Shown: one piece after another, positions 34,407 through 48,089 of the stretch
Numbering within the stretch: the stretch's first letter is position 1
How the letters are laid out: every line of letters starts with the position of its first letter
Assembly (NCBI GenBank): GCA_004022145.1
Contig: RCNU01000002.1
Length of the DNA: 64,000 nucleotides
Strand: one strand, 5' to 3'
Source of the DNA: Paecilomyces variotii
Lineage: Eukaryota
The notes under the pieces: model-generated
The model's input: only the letters and a program-made list of their open reading frames with translations
What the model was told of the DNA's origin: nothing
Databases searched by the model: none
Program-made: the position numbers and the translations under genes

Positions 34407-35289
34407 TCACAGGATGAATCTGTTCTTCTTTCGGTTGTAGGCTCTCTGGTCCTTGAGCCACTGGCGGTAGCCCTGGACGCTGCCAATCTTCTCACCATAG
34501 TAATCTGGGACAGGGTTGGCGAGGGAGTTGGAAGAGGGGTCCACGCGGTGACGCTTGATTCTGTTGTAAAATTCCTTTTCTTTCTGTTATGGGTTTTATT
34601 TAGCACAGTTCATTGTTATATGGGATGATTGATCTGCAAGATCTTGCAGATCAATAAGAGGGGGAACTCACCACCGCAACTCCAGACTTGTATCGTCGGT
34701 GGACAAGTCCCCAGACAGCATTTCCGAGGAAAGGACCTGCCAGCCAACCAACAGCACCGCAAGCAGCCGTGGCCAGTCCCAGCACAACGAACGGGTCAAG
34801 GCCCATCACTTGTGCTCCCAGGTTTTCTAGGTCTTGGGATGAGAGAATCTGAACGCCAATGGCGGTACTGGCTATGGAGGCAACGATCGAAGAACCAAGC
34901 GAGTATCGTCTCCGGGAAGTCCGAAGCTTGAAGAATGTATTCCAGTCGAGAGGAGCGTCTTGGTTGTATGAAGACGTCTTTGCAGAGGCAGTCGAGGTGG
35001 TGGAGTTGAAACGGATGCAGGACCGCTGGATAGCGATCTTAGCGATGCTCTGAACATGCTGGGACCGCGATGACTTCAGGACGTTTGCCTGTATGGGACT
35101 CTGGAAAGGAAGGTTGTTTTGACATTTTGAAACCGTGCCTGCTGGTTGTCTTCGCTGCTTCGTCGAGATGCTGCGGCAAGACTGCTGGAACGAACTGGTG
35201 GAATACGCAAATGGCGCAAGAGGGCCGGAGGAGATCCGGGTCCCCAGCGCAGCGGTGCGCAAAGGTGCGTTGAGAGCTGTCATATGCAT
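34407..35289 (-). CDS. pam17: Mitochondrial presequence translocase-associated motor subunit Pam17
   Basis: LDWNTFFKLRTSRRRY, GLDPFVVLG, GWLAGPFLG. Second exon KEKEFYNRIKRHRVDPSSNSLANPVPDYYGEKIGSVQGYRQWLKDQRAYNRK. Confidence 0.95.
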
Positions 35290-35946
35290 TGCAAACCAAG
35301 CCTGTCAAACAATCGACTGGTGCTCTTAGCGGTGGTGAATGTCTGGAGCTCTGGTAAAGGCTTCGATGGTCGTATGAGCATCAAAGCGTCAAAGGTTGCG
35401 GGAGCTTGACCGTCGCGTTACATAAGCAACAACCAAACCATCATTCGATCATGGAAATGGAAAACCCGGGCAAAAGTGCTTGAAGATGGTAGTTTTGTGG
35501 TATTTTTTGTTTCTTCGCACAGGGAACTGGCACACTTTATAACAAAAGGCAGATTATATTTTTCTCCCTCTCTAATTCTGGACTGTTAGGCCTGCTATTT
35601 TGTTTACGCATAATGAGTGGATAACGACCGAGTCCGTGCTCAGCTTAAGTACTACCAAATACTTTAGGATCATATGGACAAGAACCGCGTGCATTTCATT
35701 GAGAAGACACCTCCGTAATTCCAGCGGAGAATTGACTACATGCAATATGTGACGACATGCTATACAGTGATGTACGGTGTATTTCCATCGTCGTTATATC
35801 CATCTACAATGATACAGATCGTCAAAAACTTATATATGTTGCTGGTCGGTTTATATGCTCCCATGCTCTCCATGGACTTTGAGGAAACGGCAAAACGACA
35901 CTCAATGTCCGGCTCCTTCAGTTAAAAAGACTAGAGGAAGGCGGAC

Positions 35947-37009
35947 CTACAGACCGCCATTCTGTTTGACAGCTCCGGGTCGAGAAGTCGCGCGGGTAGA
36001 CGTGCCATATCCATTGACCCGACCATAGAGCCACTTCAATGTGCTAGTGCTGAATGCCATTACCACAGCGCTAAGAGCGAACAGACCAATCCGGCCTTCA
36101 GTGGGCAACCGCTCGAAGATGGGATACGGGTACCTGTTTATGTTAGCATACGGTGTCCCACCCACGTTCACACTCTGAACGAGGCCTCTCATACCATCCA
36201 TTGTGTGCGTAGCATCTCTCTATCCAAAACCAATAGCCAAAGGCGATAGTGCTTGACAACCCGATAGCTGGGAAAATCGTGATGGTCCAAGGAGGCGAGA
36301 GCAATAGTAGGTCGATCAGCATCACAATGGCGGGCACCGCGTGAAAGCTAAGATCTACGGTAGAGTTAGCAAAATCACCTACGCTGACTGGAAGGGTACT
36401 CACCGGCATTGAGAGGAATATATGCCCAGTCTGGGATAACCAAGCGTGTATCAATCTGAAGATCGTAAGAAACTGCCTCATGGATAGAGACGGGTTACAA
36501 ACCAAACGGAGACCCCAGTACAGAATGCTAATGAGCACTTCCAGAGGAGTACTGCAGATCGAAAGAAGATTTTTTGCCAGAAACAATCGCGGAGAGAGCG
36601 TTATATCGGCAAGGAGACCGATCGCGAAGGTGACTGTCGCCAGCGTAAGGCCAATAACAGTCAAATATTGAAAATGCCAACCGTATGCCTCGTTCCTACT
36701 GAGGTTAACGGATTGTCCCTCCAGAGCAGGCAGCAGTGTACTCACGCATGGTTTGGATTCTCGATCATACTATTCGTTATGTGAGCGAAAGTCCATTTCA
36801 TTTATCTCTGTCTGCACAACTCACAAATTAAAAGACCATATAAAGCTTGCAAGACCAGTCCACTGTACGAGAGTCAGCCACGGGTCGAGTAAAGGTTAAG
36901 TTTATAGCCGACGGACATGAACAATAGCAGAAACACCTCTCGAGGGACTTGGCAGTCTCTGGAGAGGATGCTGGTTAATGAGCGACTCAGAAGCTTTTGA
37001 CGATGCCAT
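35947..37009 (-). CDS. FAR-17a/AIG1-like integral membrane protein
   Basis: HPLQRLPSPSRG, YGWHFQYLTVIGL, PLEVLISILYWGL, DLSFHAVP and NGWYPYPIF across multiple exons. Confidence 0.85.
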
Positions 37010-37667
37010 TGAACAAACAATTTATTGAGGACTATACAGAAAAAACGAAACCGAAAGTGCACACGAACAGAACAAGTATTAAACAAGGGATTAAAAATCT
37101 GGGGAGTTTCAGCCGGCGATGACTTCATCGTCCCGAGACTCCGAGCCCGATCAGACCCACGTGTGCTTATCCGCTGAGTCAGCACTAGCAACTCCGGGAA
37201 AACATTATCGCGGGGCTTATCTCTGGCTGACTCGTCGCTGATGATTGTCTGAGAGTGGTGTTTGGATGCCTCTTGATGACTGTTCACTTCGGATTGCGTG
37301 TCTGATCTCTGGAAGTTAAGACAATCTGTCAGCTCGACTGTTTGGGAGGGTATACGGACCGAGAACTGTTGGAACAAGGGAAATCTCCTCTCCACCGTTC
37401 TTATCAGACCAGTTGGACTTCCAGCGCTGGAACCAGAAATCAAGCAATCGATAAGTCTCTGTCTACCTACACGAAGATAGACCATATACTCAACTGTCCT
37501 GCCTCATCCTGAGCTGAGATTCAGAAGTAACTATCTACTCTTATCACTGCATCAAGGCTAGATCAACTGGATGGCTGTGTCGTCAGATATAGTTGGACCC
37601 TTGTGGAACCGGGGTTTGTACACAGTCACAAATTCACGAAATAGAGATCAGTCGTTACTAAGGCCAT

Positions 37668-40405
37668 ATGCCTCGTCCTAAGAGGCCAGGTGCTCCCGAA
37701 CCCAAACGGAGGAGCCGCAACGGATGCTGGTAAGGCTCCTATATGTTTGAATATGACTGGTGCAGATAATTGACTCAACCATTAGGCCATGTAAGGGACG
37801 GAAGGTTAAATGGTGAGTAAATTATATAATTACGGTTACACTATCTGTTATTGACAATTTTCTAGTGGCGAAGAAAAACCGTCCTGCCTTAATTGTCAAC
37901 GGCAAGGTGAGACCTGCGACTACAGTATTCGCCTGAACTGGGAAGGGAGGACCAAGAAGAAACCTATTGGATTCCAGTCCTATAGCCCCGTTTCCAGTGT
38001 AGTTTCATTCGAGCACCAAATACCACAGCCATTTCAGGTGTTTTCTGCGTCCGATCACCAGGGACAATCGTCGATCTCTCTGGATGTCCAGGGGTCACGT
38101 AACCCAGCTCAAAATGCAGTATCCAGGCCACACTCGCAGCATGTTTCAACATCTACGATTGCCACTTTTGGAAGAGATGATCAGACTGATGGCGATCTGT
38201 TGAGCGCCTCTAATCAAGAACCTCTAAGCGCTGCCAGTGACTGGACTGGACAAGATGCTCCTCCGCCTGGCGGACTTTGGCAGGGAATGGTCGAACCAAG
38301 GCCTTCTGAGGCAACACACTCTTGTGCAGTATACGACCAACCATTCAACACAGACATCCACGAAACCAACTGTCCCCGAATGTCACCGTTCAGTATTAGT
38401 GAAAGGTTTGTCTCTCAGCCCACGTCATTTCTTCGCCAATCGTGGAATGCGCAGCCCGACACGCAAGAGAGCCCCTCTATCGGCGACGACAGAGGCTCAG
38501 AGTATTCTGCCAAGCGCATACGACTTTCCAGTTATCCTTTCTCGTCTTTTCCAGGGTACGACGAGAACAAAATCGTCTCGCTGATAGACAGTCCGGCCAG
38601 CATTGGTGACAGACCAGTTCTCCAGGGAAGTAAGTCTGATATACGTTCTGGTGAGCGGCGACATCAGTGTACCCCCCTATCACCTGCAAGCCTTTCAGGG
38701 GTATCCGGCGATGTTTATACCAATAGCCTCAGCAAGTCTTTTGCTTTAATTGATGGCTCAACAGCCCTGCGGCGTGTATCTGTCCACTCCTTATTATCTC
38801 ATTCTGCGGAACCAGATGCTGAGACCAATGCCCTTCGCGCGAGTGCTGGGGATGAGTTGAAGCCGGACAGCGGCACACTTGGTGCTGCTGACAGTTATGG
38901 ATACGACTATGGCTATCCTGACCATGATCTCAACAAGAATGACGACATCGCTGCTCTCAAGCATGCGAAACCAGAGGAACAAACGGAGGGTAGCCTACAA
39001 GTACAATCACCGCAAACGATATCCACTCCGGGAAATGATACTGTTATCAAAGGTGACTATTACAGGCAACCAGTTCCAGTCAATATACCGAGATACTTAT
39101 CTCCTCTGCCATCTGCACTCCTCGAGAATCCGATCAATCTAATGTATTTTCATCATTTTCTGAACCACACTGCGCGTATACTTGTGCCACACCACTGCTC
39201 GGAAAATCCGTTTGTGTCTGTTTTGCCTTCGAGTAAGTACAATATCCCTGGGGTACTGCGCTTTGGCTAACATATAAAATAGTGGCTGTGAGTGACCCTA
39301 ATCTGTTGAATCTTCTTTTGGCGTACTCTGCCAGTCATCGTGCAAGATATCTGCAGCATCCCGAGCCAGCGAATCGAATCGCACACTGGGTCAGTGATGT
39401 CTTCCCAACCTTGCGGCAGGCCCTGAACGATCCTCAAGAGAATGTCACGGATAGCCATCTGGCAACAGCCATCATGTTGCTCTCCCTGAAGATCGTTTCA
39501 CCAAGCACGTTCGAGGTCCCAATTCCTTGGCAGAGCCATCTGAAATTGGCGCGCGATCTCTTTGTAGCGCGAGAAGAACATCAACTAGCCCGTCTGGGGA
39601 ACAAGATAGCCATATTCCTTTCCCGATGGATCACGTATCTTGACATATTTGGAGGGCTATCTTGCCGGCACAGTGACCCTCCTCTCTTTGGCGGCGAATG
39701 CTGGTCTTCACCCATTCCTGGCTCAAGCATTGAGGAAGAAACGAAATTCCAGGTCGATTGTTTCATGGGCTTCACTCCAGTCACACAGTCGTTCCTCTCT
39801 CGTTTAGGTGATCTTACCCACCGCTGCGACAATGAACGCTTCGATGAGACAGGAAGATTTCTCGCAGATTGGGGACCTTCCCCGGATATTGTCCTAGCTG
39901 CAGAAAGCTTACTACACGACATGCAGGAGCTCCGAGAGTACGGCATGATTCGAGGAGCGCACGATGAAGACGTGGAAAGTGTGGAGGCTATTTCTATCGA
40001 TCAAGCCTTCCACTGGGCCGCGATGGTACATCTACACCGTCGAGTTCTCAATACGTCGCCATCTAGTCCAGAATTCCACGCGTGTTTAAAAGAACTCTTT
40101 GGCGTCCTGAGAAAAGTCCCCATTGGAAGCCCCCCTGAAATGTCAGTCATCTTTCCCATATTCACAGCTGGTTGTGAAACGCAGGATCCGCTAGAGCGGC
40201 TAGAGATTCTGGACAGAATCAAGGGCATGGAGATAGCAGGTCTAAAGCAGGTAGGTTGTAGCTGTCGTCGCTTGTTACTACTGTCTGTTTCCTTTTTATT
40301 GACTTGAATCTACTTCAGGTCCAAAATGCACGCACACTTATGCAACGCTGTTGGGCAGAGGACTTGCCATGGATCGCACTCGCAGACGGCGAGTTTCTAG
40401 GATGA
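37668..40405 (+). CDS. Zn(II)2Cys6 transcription factor with Fungal_trans_2 (DUF3468) domain
   Basis: RSRNGCW|PCKGRKVKC|GEEKPSCLNCQRQGETCDYSIRLNW split by two introns around a 27-nt microexon. C-terminal LMYFHHFLNHTARILVPH, LLAYSASHRAR and IFPIFTAGCE. Confidence 0.92.
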
Positions 40406-41708
40406 TATTACCACACTGAGCCCATTCAGTCGAGGATACAATGAGATCACTCGACGCATCACGAGAAATGAAACAAGTACATAGTAACATCTATACATAG
40501 TTAACGATGTAAATAAGGATGCCATGCTATCAAGCATAACGACAGCCGAACATATTGCAAAACCAAGACGCCATAGATAAGGAAGAAAGCATGGCATTAT
40601 TACATTATCTCTCAGTCCTATCTCAAAGAAACAATTATACCCAGAAGATGTATCACACAATAAAATAGCATAAAGTGGACGTTGGACGTCTCTCGTAAAA
40701 GAATCAAAGACTGACGAACGAAAATCCGTTATTCGAATAATCCCACTTGTAGTCCCATACTTATTCCTTGGGCCATTAGGTATTCCGGGGCGGAGACTAA
40801 GGAATTTTTTTTAACTAGTAATTAATTAATCACCGTGAGCCGGTGAGGATGAAGTTCGGCACTTTTGCCCTAGTAGTAAACGAAGTCTAGACTCATGTGG
40901 CCCGGAGAAAGACACAATTGGACGTTAGATAGATAGATGCATGGAGTAATTAGATGCGAAGGAAGAATTTTCTATACCCAGGACCTAAGTATTTCTATGG
41001 ACCGTTGAGTCAACTATCGCAACAGCTAGGATAATCATAGATTCTCAATTCTGCAATATTTCTTCAACTCTTAATATCTAATTAATACCTCTCCACAATT
41101 GAGTCATTTCCTTTTTTTTTTTCCCATGCGAATGACCTGAATAAATTATTAGATTCTCCTTGGCGGTCGCGTCATCCGACCATTTCGCCATGATCCACGC
41201 GGCAGTAGAAAATTTTCTGATTCGGACGGGCGCGGGGGAGGCGTCCCTGGCGCCGGCAGCCACGATCGACGGCGGAAATGATGGGATTCCTGGGAATATG
41301 GGGTATACTAATCGGCACTAATTAGCTGATAGTTAGATCGAGTCGAGTCAGGTGTAGAAGAGAAAAAGGCGAGAGATGTCCGGAGTGGCCGATTCGTGGA
41401 TAGAAGAAGAAGAGAAAAAAAAAGGAAGAAAAAAGAGAGAAACCGGCGTATAATCCAGGTCATTTCTCAGGTAGTAGTAATAAAGTAGCAATGACTAACC
41501 AACCAACCAGGGGACGTTCGGAAATCAATTCTTTATCTTTATCTCCAACGAAAAAAAGCTGCAAACGGGAAACTATCGCGACAAGAAGTTTAGTGAATCG
41601 AGAGCTGTTTGGTTGTCTTGAGCGGGACGAGAAAAAGAAGCCCCTCAGTGCTTGGCTGTGACCCAGAGAACTGCGACCGCCTCGAGAGGAAAGCTCATTA
41701 TCTTCCTG

Positions 41709-41730
41709 TCTCTCTCTCTCTCTCTCTCTC
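41709..41730. repeat. (TC)11 microsatellite in the 5' region of the DUF3602 gene
   Basis: Perfect TC run read directly. Confidence 0.9.
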
Positions 41731-41930
41731 TTCTGTCTGATCTTGATCTTTTGCGCTCTTCTGTTCGATCAGACCAGATAGCTACACATCGTCCAGATCA
41801 CCAGCGCAGATATCTCATTCCTCTGGTGCATTGCACCTTGCGCGCCTTCATCTGCGTCATCGACACCTTCGACTCGCCGCCTATCTTTCCCCTCGCGACA
41901 CTTCGAAACAGCACATTTTTCACTTCACCA

Positions 41931-42574
41931 ATGTCGCGGAATATCTCCCACGGGCGCGGAGGCGCAGGTAAGCTCACTCTCCTTGTCTTGTATATCGCAG
42001 AATTCGGGGACTTTTCCGTTAAATGATCGCATCGCTGACACTCCGCTCGCAAGGCAACATGTTCGCCAAAGATGCCCCGCCAACCCCTGAAGACCTGACC
42101 ACGCCCACAATCAAGCAGGATTATTACACGACCGGTCGCGGAGGCACGGGGAACATGATGCACAACGACAAGGAGCATCCGGAAATCGCGCGAGAGAGCC
42201 AGGATGTCGAGGCACCGCCACTGCGATTGGAAGAGGGGCGGCATTTCACGGGACGAGGTATGCTTTTTCACACGAACTGAATGCGCCGTCGACGATCGGG
42301 AAAACTGACCTATGTCAATAAAATCACAGGTGGTGTTGCAAATGCAGTCATCCCCACTCCAGAGGAAGAGAAGCATCTCCAGGAACAAGAGCAAGAATTG
42401 CGACGAGTCCTCACGGCACGAGCTGATTCAAAAGAGCGCGCTGTCTCGAAGGAGCGGGCAAGAGAGAAGGAGAAGGAAAAGGAAAAGGAAAAGGAGGGAG
42501 AGAACGACAAGGACCAGGACAAGGAGCATCAACACCATCATCATCACCTTTATCACCCTCTTCACTTGCACTAG
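41931..42574 (+). CDS. DUF3602 / Par32-like protein with GRGGxGN repeats
   Basis: SHGRGGAGN, TTGRGGTGN and FTGRGGVAN across three exons. Low-complexity EK and His-rich tail. Confidence 0.85.
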
Positions 42575-43515
42575 GCCATGTCCCAGACAGTGCGACCTGA
42601 TGCTCGATCGAATCTTCCTGGGAAACGACCATCCGAGCGATCAACCGATCATCATCAGAATCCATTCGAGACAGAAGCATGGCACGGAACGGCAGGAAGA
42701 GACAGTACTGCCGGCGGTGCTCACATGGCGAAACCAGTCCGACTGCTCAGTCACCGCCTTAACGACGAAACAATATCCCTCTGCGCGTATATATATATCA
42801 CTCGCATCGTGTTCCCTTAATACTCCTCATGAATTCCCTTTCCTCGTCTTATTTCGAAGGCTGGTCTCCATATCACGAACTGTACATATTCCCCCTGCTT
42901 TTCGTTATTGTTGGTCACGATACCTAGTTATCATTATCCTCGATCGAGGGCGCTCCATCCTGGGACACTCGGAGGTGCATTGTCTCCTTTTTAGACTGAA
43001 TAGAGAATATTATTATTGTTTTCGTTTTCCTTTTTGCTGCTGTTAGAGCAAGGCGTGACTTATAGAGACACTGCACAGATGGATTGATAATGCTTCATCA
43101 TCAATTCCAGACATTTGATAGACACTTGGAAGATCCTGCACGAACTGTCCACGAGATGCAGACAGACATCGACAGGATTTATACCATCTCTTTATCTCTC
43201 AACCACCCCCTGTCACTTGACACGGACCAGGGCCAATGCAAGCGCCCCCGCAACCTCAAAGATAAGCCGACGCGCTTTCATACGCCCATCGTCCAGTATC
43301 CAGATATCTAAGGCTGACAGAGAATTCAGGAAACTTCAAAATATCATATGAATTTCATTGCTACCAAGTAATGCAGAGTCCATATCTCATATACACTGTA
43401 ACCGAATGAGTGAATGAATGACAATTCAACCAACTTGGATGAACCCGTCATCACAACAATCCCCTCGTCCATCCTTCTGACCAAAGATAGTCCAGTGACA
43501 TCTCTTCCATCTGCT

Positions 43516-45355
43516 CTACATCAACACCATTCCCATACCAGCGCCAAACGCACAGAGCAGGTATAGTCCAATCTGCGCCACGCTCGGGATCGTAATCGTC
43601 TGCGATGCATACAAGCTGGATGCAGCTACTCCCTTGGATGGCTTGCTACGTCCCGATCCTGTCTCTTCATCGGTTACAGTACCGGTGCCAAAGCTGCCAG
43701 CTGCACTCAGAAGAGCTGCGCAGGTGCCGGTAGGCTTCTGGGCACTGCTGCTGGTAGCAGACCCCTTGAAGTCGCAGGCAGAGGCGCCGTTGCCGGCTTT
43801 CTTCTGTTCTAAGTAGTAGGCATTCAAAGCCCAGGCGAGTTGATCGTCAGCATCGCACATCGAGAAGGAGCCGAAAGTTCCTGTGGCCGCATTGCCGCTG
43901 ATTCCAGTGCACGCTTTCTCGGACAGGCCGCATACAATACCTAGAAGGTTGCCGACGTCTTTCCCTGAGAGGCCCGCTTTGGGTCGACACGTTACAGACT
44001 CTGCCATGCAGCTACAGAGCTCCTTATTGGGTGTCGGCGGTAGGACTGTACCAGCCTGCCAGGTAGTATTCACCGTAGGACAAGCAGCATTTGCAGTCAC
44101 AGTTGGAGTGTATTGGGCCATATTGGTCCCCGTCGGCTTTGCCTTGGCCATCTGGCTGGAGAGGTAAGGGAAGTCTGTAAGTGTGTGTATCGTGTCACCC
44201 TCGATTGAAACGACCCCTAAATAGTTCGTCAATCATCGATTGCTGATCATGTGCGTGAAACTATATGATCCTAGAGAAAGGAATACGGACCATAATTGTT
44301 ATCTTCCTGCTGAAACATGTAGACAATCCCTCCCGACCAAACTTTTGTCATCTGAGGGCCAAAGAGAGCCTCTGCTTCTTTGAACTCTCGCGGTCTGATC
44401 GTATTGCAGCCGTACTCAGAGAAGAAGGCTGGGATGTTGAAAGCTTCGAACTCCTTCGTGCGGTCGGCATAGCCAGAGGACTGGAACGAAGAATTGCCGC
44501 ACCATTCGTAGATATTCAGACCCCAAAAATCAACTCTTTCAGCGTCTGTGCCACAGTCGAAGTACTGAGTGATTATTCCGCGCAGCTCAGCATCGTCATC
44601 CGCGGCATATCCAACTGGAATATCTCGATAACCTTTCTCGTAGATATAGCTCTTTGTGTCGCGTACCGCAGCTTTGACGAAGGCACTCGCAGGGGTATAA
44701 GACATATTGTTGGTCACTTCATTACCTGCGAAGAATCCGATCACGTTTGTGTATTTGGCCAGTGCATCCACGACAGACGTGTAACGCGTATAGAGTTCGA
44801 TATTCCATTGCGGGTGAGATCGAACGATGGACTGAGAAGGCTCGGACAGATCTGCGAACACGTAGATACCCGCATCTGCGAGCATTTGCATACATTCGCT
44901 ATGGTCCCCATCAGGGTCAATCGCGTATACACGGATGACATTGGTGCTCAGCTCCCTGAGATAAGGGATATCCCGACGACATCCCGCTACATCTGTCAGG
45001 GGGTCGACATAGCTCTGACCCGAGTCACTTGGCGTGTTTGCTGCGGAGATATCAGAAGAGGTGACGAGGTGAAGTGAAATTCACTTACATTGATAGGCCA
45101 GTCCTTTGATGAAGCTGCTACGATCAGCCACGAAAATCTAGTGGACCCTCAACGAGACTTACAACTCAGTACCGTTCGTCTTATAGAAGAAGTGTTTCCC
45201 CTAAATCGGTGGTCAGTAAAGTGGTCATGTAGGATTCAGAGTGTATCCTTCTCCTTGCCTACCTTAATCACAATAGGATCAACATCCGCAGCGTAAGAAT
45301 GAAGGAAGAAGCATGCCGCCACGAAGGCCGTAGATAGTAACTGCATGGCTTTCAT
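43516..45355 (-). CDS. 1,3-beta-glucanosyltransferase, GH72 with X8/CBM43 domain, GPI-anchored (Gel/Gas family)
   Basis: Signal peptide, VDPIVIK, FFAGNEV, NIYEWCG, FFSEYGC, WSGGIVY, Cys-rich X8 domain and a hydrophobic GPI signal. Confidence 0.95.
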
Positions 45356-46579
45356 GATCCCGTTAAAATGGTCTTAATGAGGAAAGTAAGTGGTCGAAGA
45401 GTAAAACGAGTGATGTTGAGAATAAGAGGGACGAAGGTCTAACGAACAGAGAAGAGGCGGCCGTAATGCTCCGTGATGGAAGGAGCCAGTGGTACATGTC
45501 TTCCTCCATTTCCAGGCAAGAGCGCTCTCATTTCACTGCGCTCACTTCACGAACTGCTTGTCTGCAACGAGACTCATAATTTCGATTCACATCTCCAGGT
45601 AGGATCTGGCCAGACACATCTGCATAGACAGGAATACATCCGTCCGAGAGCACCCGCACGGTTGGCAGCTTTTCATGTCTTTACATTGTGGCATATGCGT
45701 AGCATCAGCCGTTTTCAAATCGATTATCCCTGACACTGTTTATTGCTTCAAAAGCACCATGGTGACTATATATCCTAGAGGGGTAGTAGCCATACTCAGC
45801 GACTTGCCACAATAGACTCCCAACGCTGGCTTAACATGCTAGTTTGTGTTCGAGGCGATAATCTCAAAACACATCGACTTCATCATGAAATCCTTGGCGA
45901 AACCGCTTGATGATAAACCACTTGCAGTTTAGCGACGAACTTGACGGAGTCTACCGCGATTATTCGAGCTCTAATACATGGTCTACCACGTGGAACAAAG
46001 CCATTTATGAGGAACAACAGAATGAGCTAGTCTGACGGAAGTCTGATGAGCTTTGGGACTTGCTGTGGATGTCCATAGCAAGACACTTCATCTCAGATGT
46101 CTGTCGAGCTTTTCTATATTCCAGCATGTTCGGTTCAGGTATTGACGGAATGGAAGAACACAGAATTATCACCCGCCAGCCCTTCAAGCTAATTGGCATT
46201 CGATCCATGGATGTATCGAAGCTTCCAGCTATATAATACGAGTGTAAAGCTAGAGCTGCACCTCGCCTACAGATCAGTCGTGTTGTGGTGAAGCGTTGAT
46301 TATGTCCCTGGCCGTGGCTGCCGGACCGCGAGATATGGCGATCAGGTGTACTTGATTGCTGCCGGAATCAGTATAGAAACCCCGCATCCATCATGTCATG
46401 TCCGCCACGGACTCGGTATTATCATGCTATCTGTCACGTCAATATAAAAGACGATGCTCACGCAAATTGCCTTCCAGGAATGCAGCCTTTCATGAGTGGC
46501 ATCAAATCTGACCTTCCCCCACTGACTCAATACAGCGTCGACACCAGTAACCACAAAAGAGATACAGATCCTAGTCCCC

Positions 46580-47825
46580 ATGCAGCGCGAAATAGTTTCA
46601 CAAACAATAAAGATCGATCAATTGTTGACAGGACGATTGGGGACGTACCGGATCGCGAGAAAGTTGCATCCACGGATCTGGGCCGCTGCGTGAGTTACTC
46701 TGTCCTTCCATGGTGAACCACTGGCCTTCTAAAACTCCCGCGTTTACCTTGCTCGTTGATTTATCTGGGAGGCTATCCCTGACTGAAAGTAGACCCCTGA
46801 ATCAATCGACAGGTCCTGTTGTTATCAAGACAGCACCCAAGCTGCGTCTTGAAAATGAACGGACCGTCTTGAGCCACCTTCGGAATCAACCTTACATCAG
46901 GCAGCTTGTCGATGAGATTCCAGAGTCGGAATCCAATCCTCCAGGATTGGTACTAAAGCGGCTAGATGATAACCTACTCGAAGCAGCGGATGTGAAGAGA
47001 CTAAAAAGAGGCGAGGTGAGGCCTATTGCGAGAGATATACTTAAAGGACTGAAGGCGTTGCATGAAGCAGGATGGGTCCATACTGGTACGTTGTTCATCA
47101 GTCACATGGAGTGAGAACGCATTAACATTAGAAATGTCAGATATAAAACCAGACAATATCCTCGTCAACTACGGCAAAGGCCTATTACGCTTCAGCACTG
47201 TTCAGCTAGGGGATTGCGGTCATTCCTGCCGTGACACTCCCATTGAGAGTACGGATTCTCACCGGCGTCCCGTGAACAGACATACAATTGGTGCAGCATT
47301 ATACCGCAGTCCAGAGGCCATGTTGAACCTTCCCTGGGATACCTCGACAGACATATGGTCTTTTGGGGTGACTGTTAGTGAACGCAGCCAGCTTTATTTT
47401 ATCAAGTACCCTTAAGAAGTATCGCTAATATATGGATCTCTCATCAGATCACGACACTTCTCCGTGGTCCCGAACACCACATCTTCTCGCCCTCGTTCAA
47501 TATCTCCCCGTCTGATGAAACCTATCCGTTCCATGTCCTCATCAGGCAGATAAAGGAATTCGGAGCGTTTCCATCGTCCTATTCGACTGACCCAATCGAC
47601 GCAGAGAGAATGTCCGTGATGAACTACATCCAGAACCACATGTTGAGGATCAAGCTAGCAGAGGCCTGGAGTCCCGTGGTAGAAGAAGATGAAGAGTCTG
47701 AGCTGGGCATGACGCGTGAGGATCGCGAGTTCATTGGCAAAATCTTGAAGATGGACCCGAGGGAAAGGCCTACTGCGCAAGAACTTCTGAACGATAGGTG
47801 GCTTGGTCCTGAGAGCGAAGACTAA
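46580..47825 (+). CDS. Ser/Thr protein kinase-like protein (fungal accessory family)
   Basis: GTYRIARKL...IWAA|, VVIKTA, WVHT|DIKPDNILV, LGDCG, YRSPEAML, DIWSFG and DPRERPTAQELL. The start was inferred. Confidence 0.8.
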
Positions 47826-48089
47826 AATCTTGAGTGCTTTGGATTCCGGCATTTGAGAACAACACTCGCCTTTCTATGGATGGTTACAGTACCTAGTCAC
47901 GATACAACATAAGAGTCATCATAATACAATAAGTGCAAATTCGAGCACCATCCAGAAGAGATCCATTAAGGGAGCAGTAACAAAAAGTTTCATGCGTTCC
48001 AATCTACAATCTAGGGCCCACACAATATAGACATTATCCGGACCGTAACCATCCCGTATACAAGAAAAACAACACATCAATATCATCCA

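Noticed and set aside
36874-37485. 203-aa minus-strand ORF
   Set aside because: No motif. It spans the divergent promoter and the first exon of the FAR-17a gene in another frame.
40680-41650. AT/purine-rich intergenic stretch as a possible RIP-degraded transposon
   Set aside because: No terminal repeats or transposase/RT remnants visible. Consistent with an ordinary long promoter.
42455-42560. GAAAAG/GAGAAG and CAT repeats
   Set aside because: Coding low-complexity (EK and His runs) within the DUF3602 protein, not a separate repeat element.
44265-45077. 270-aa plus-strand ORF
   Set aside because: Antisense shadow of the GH72 coding exon.
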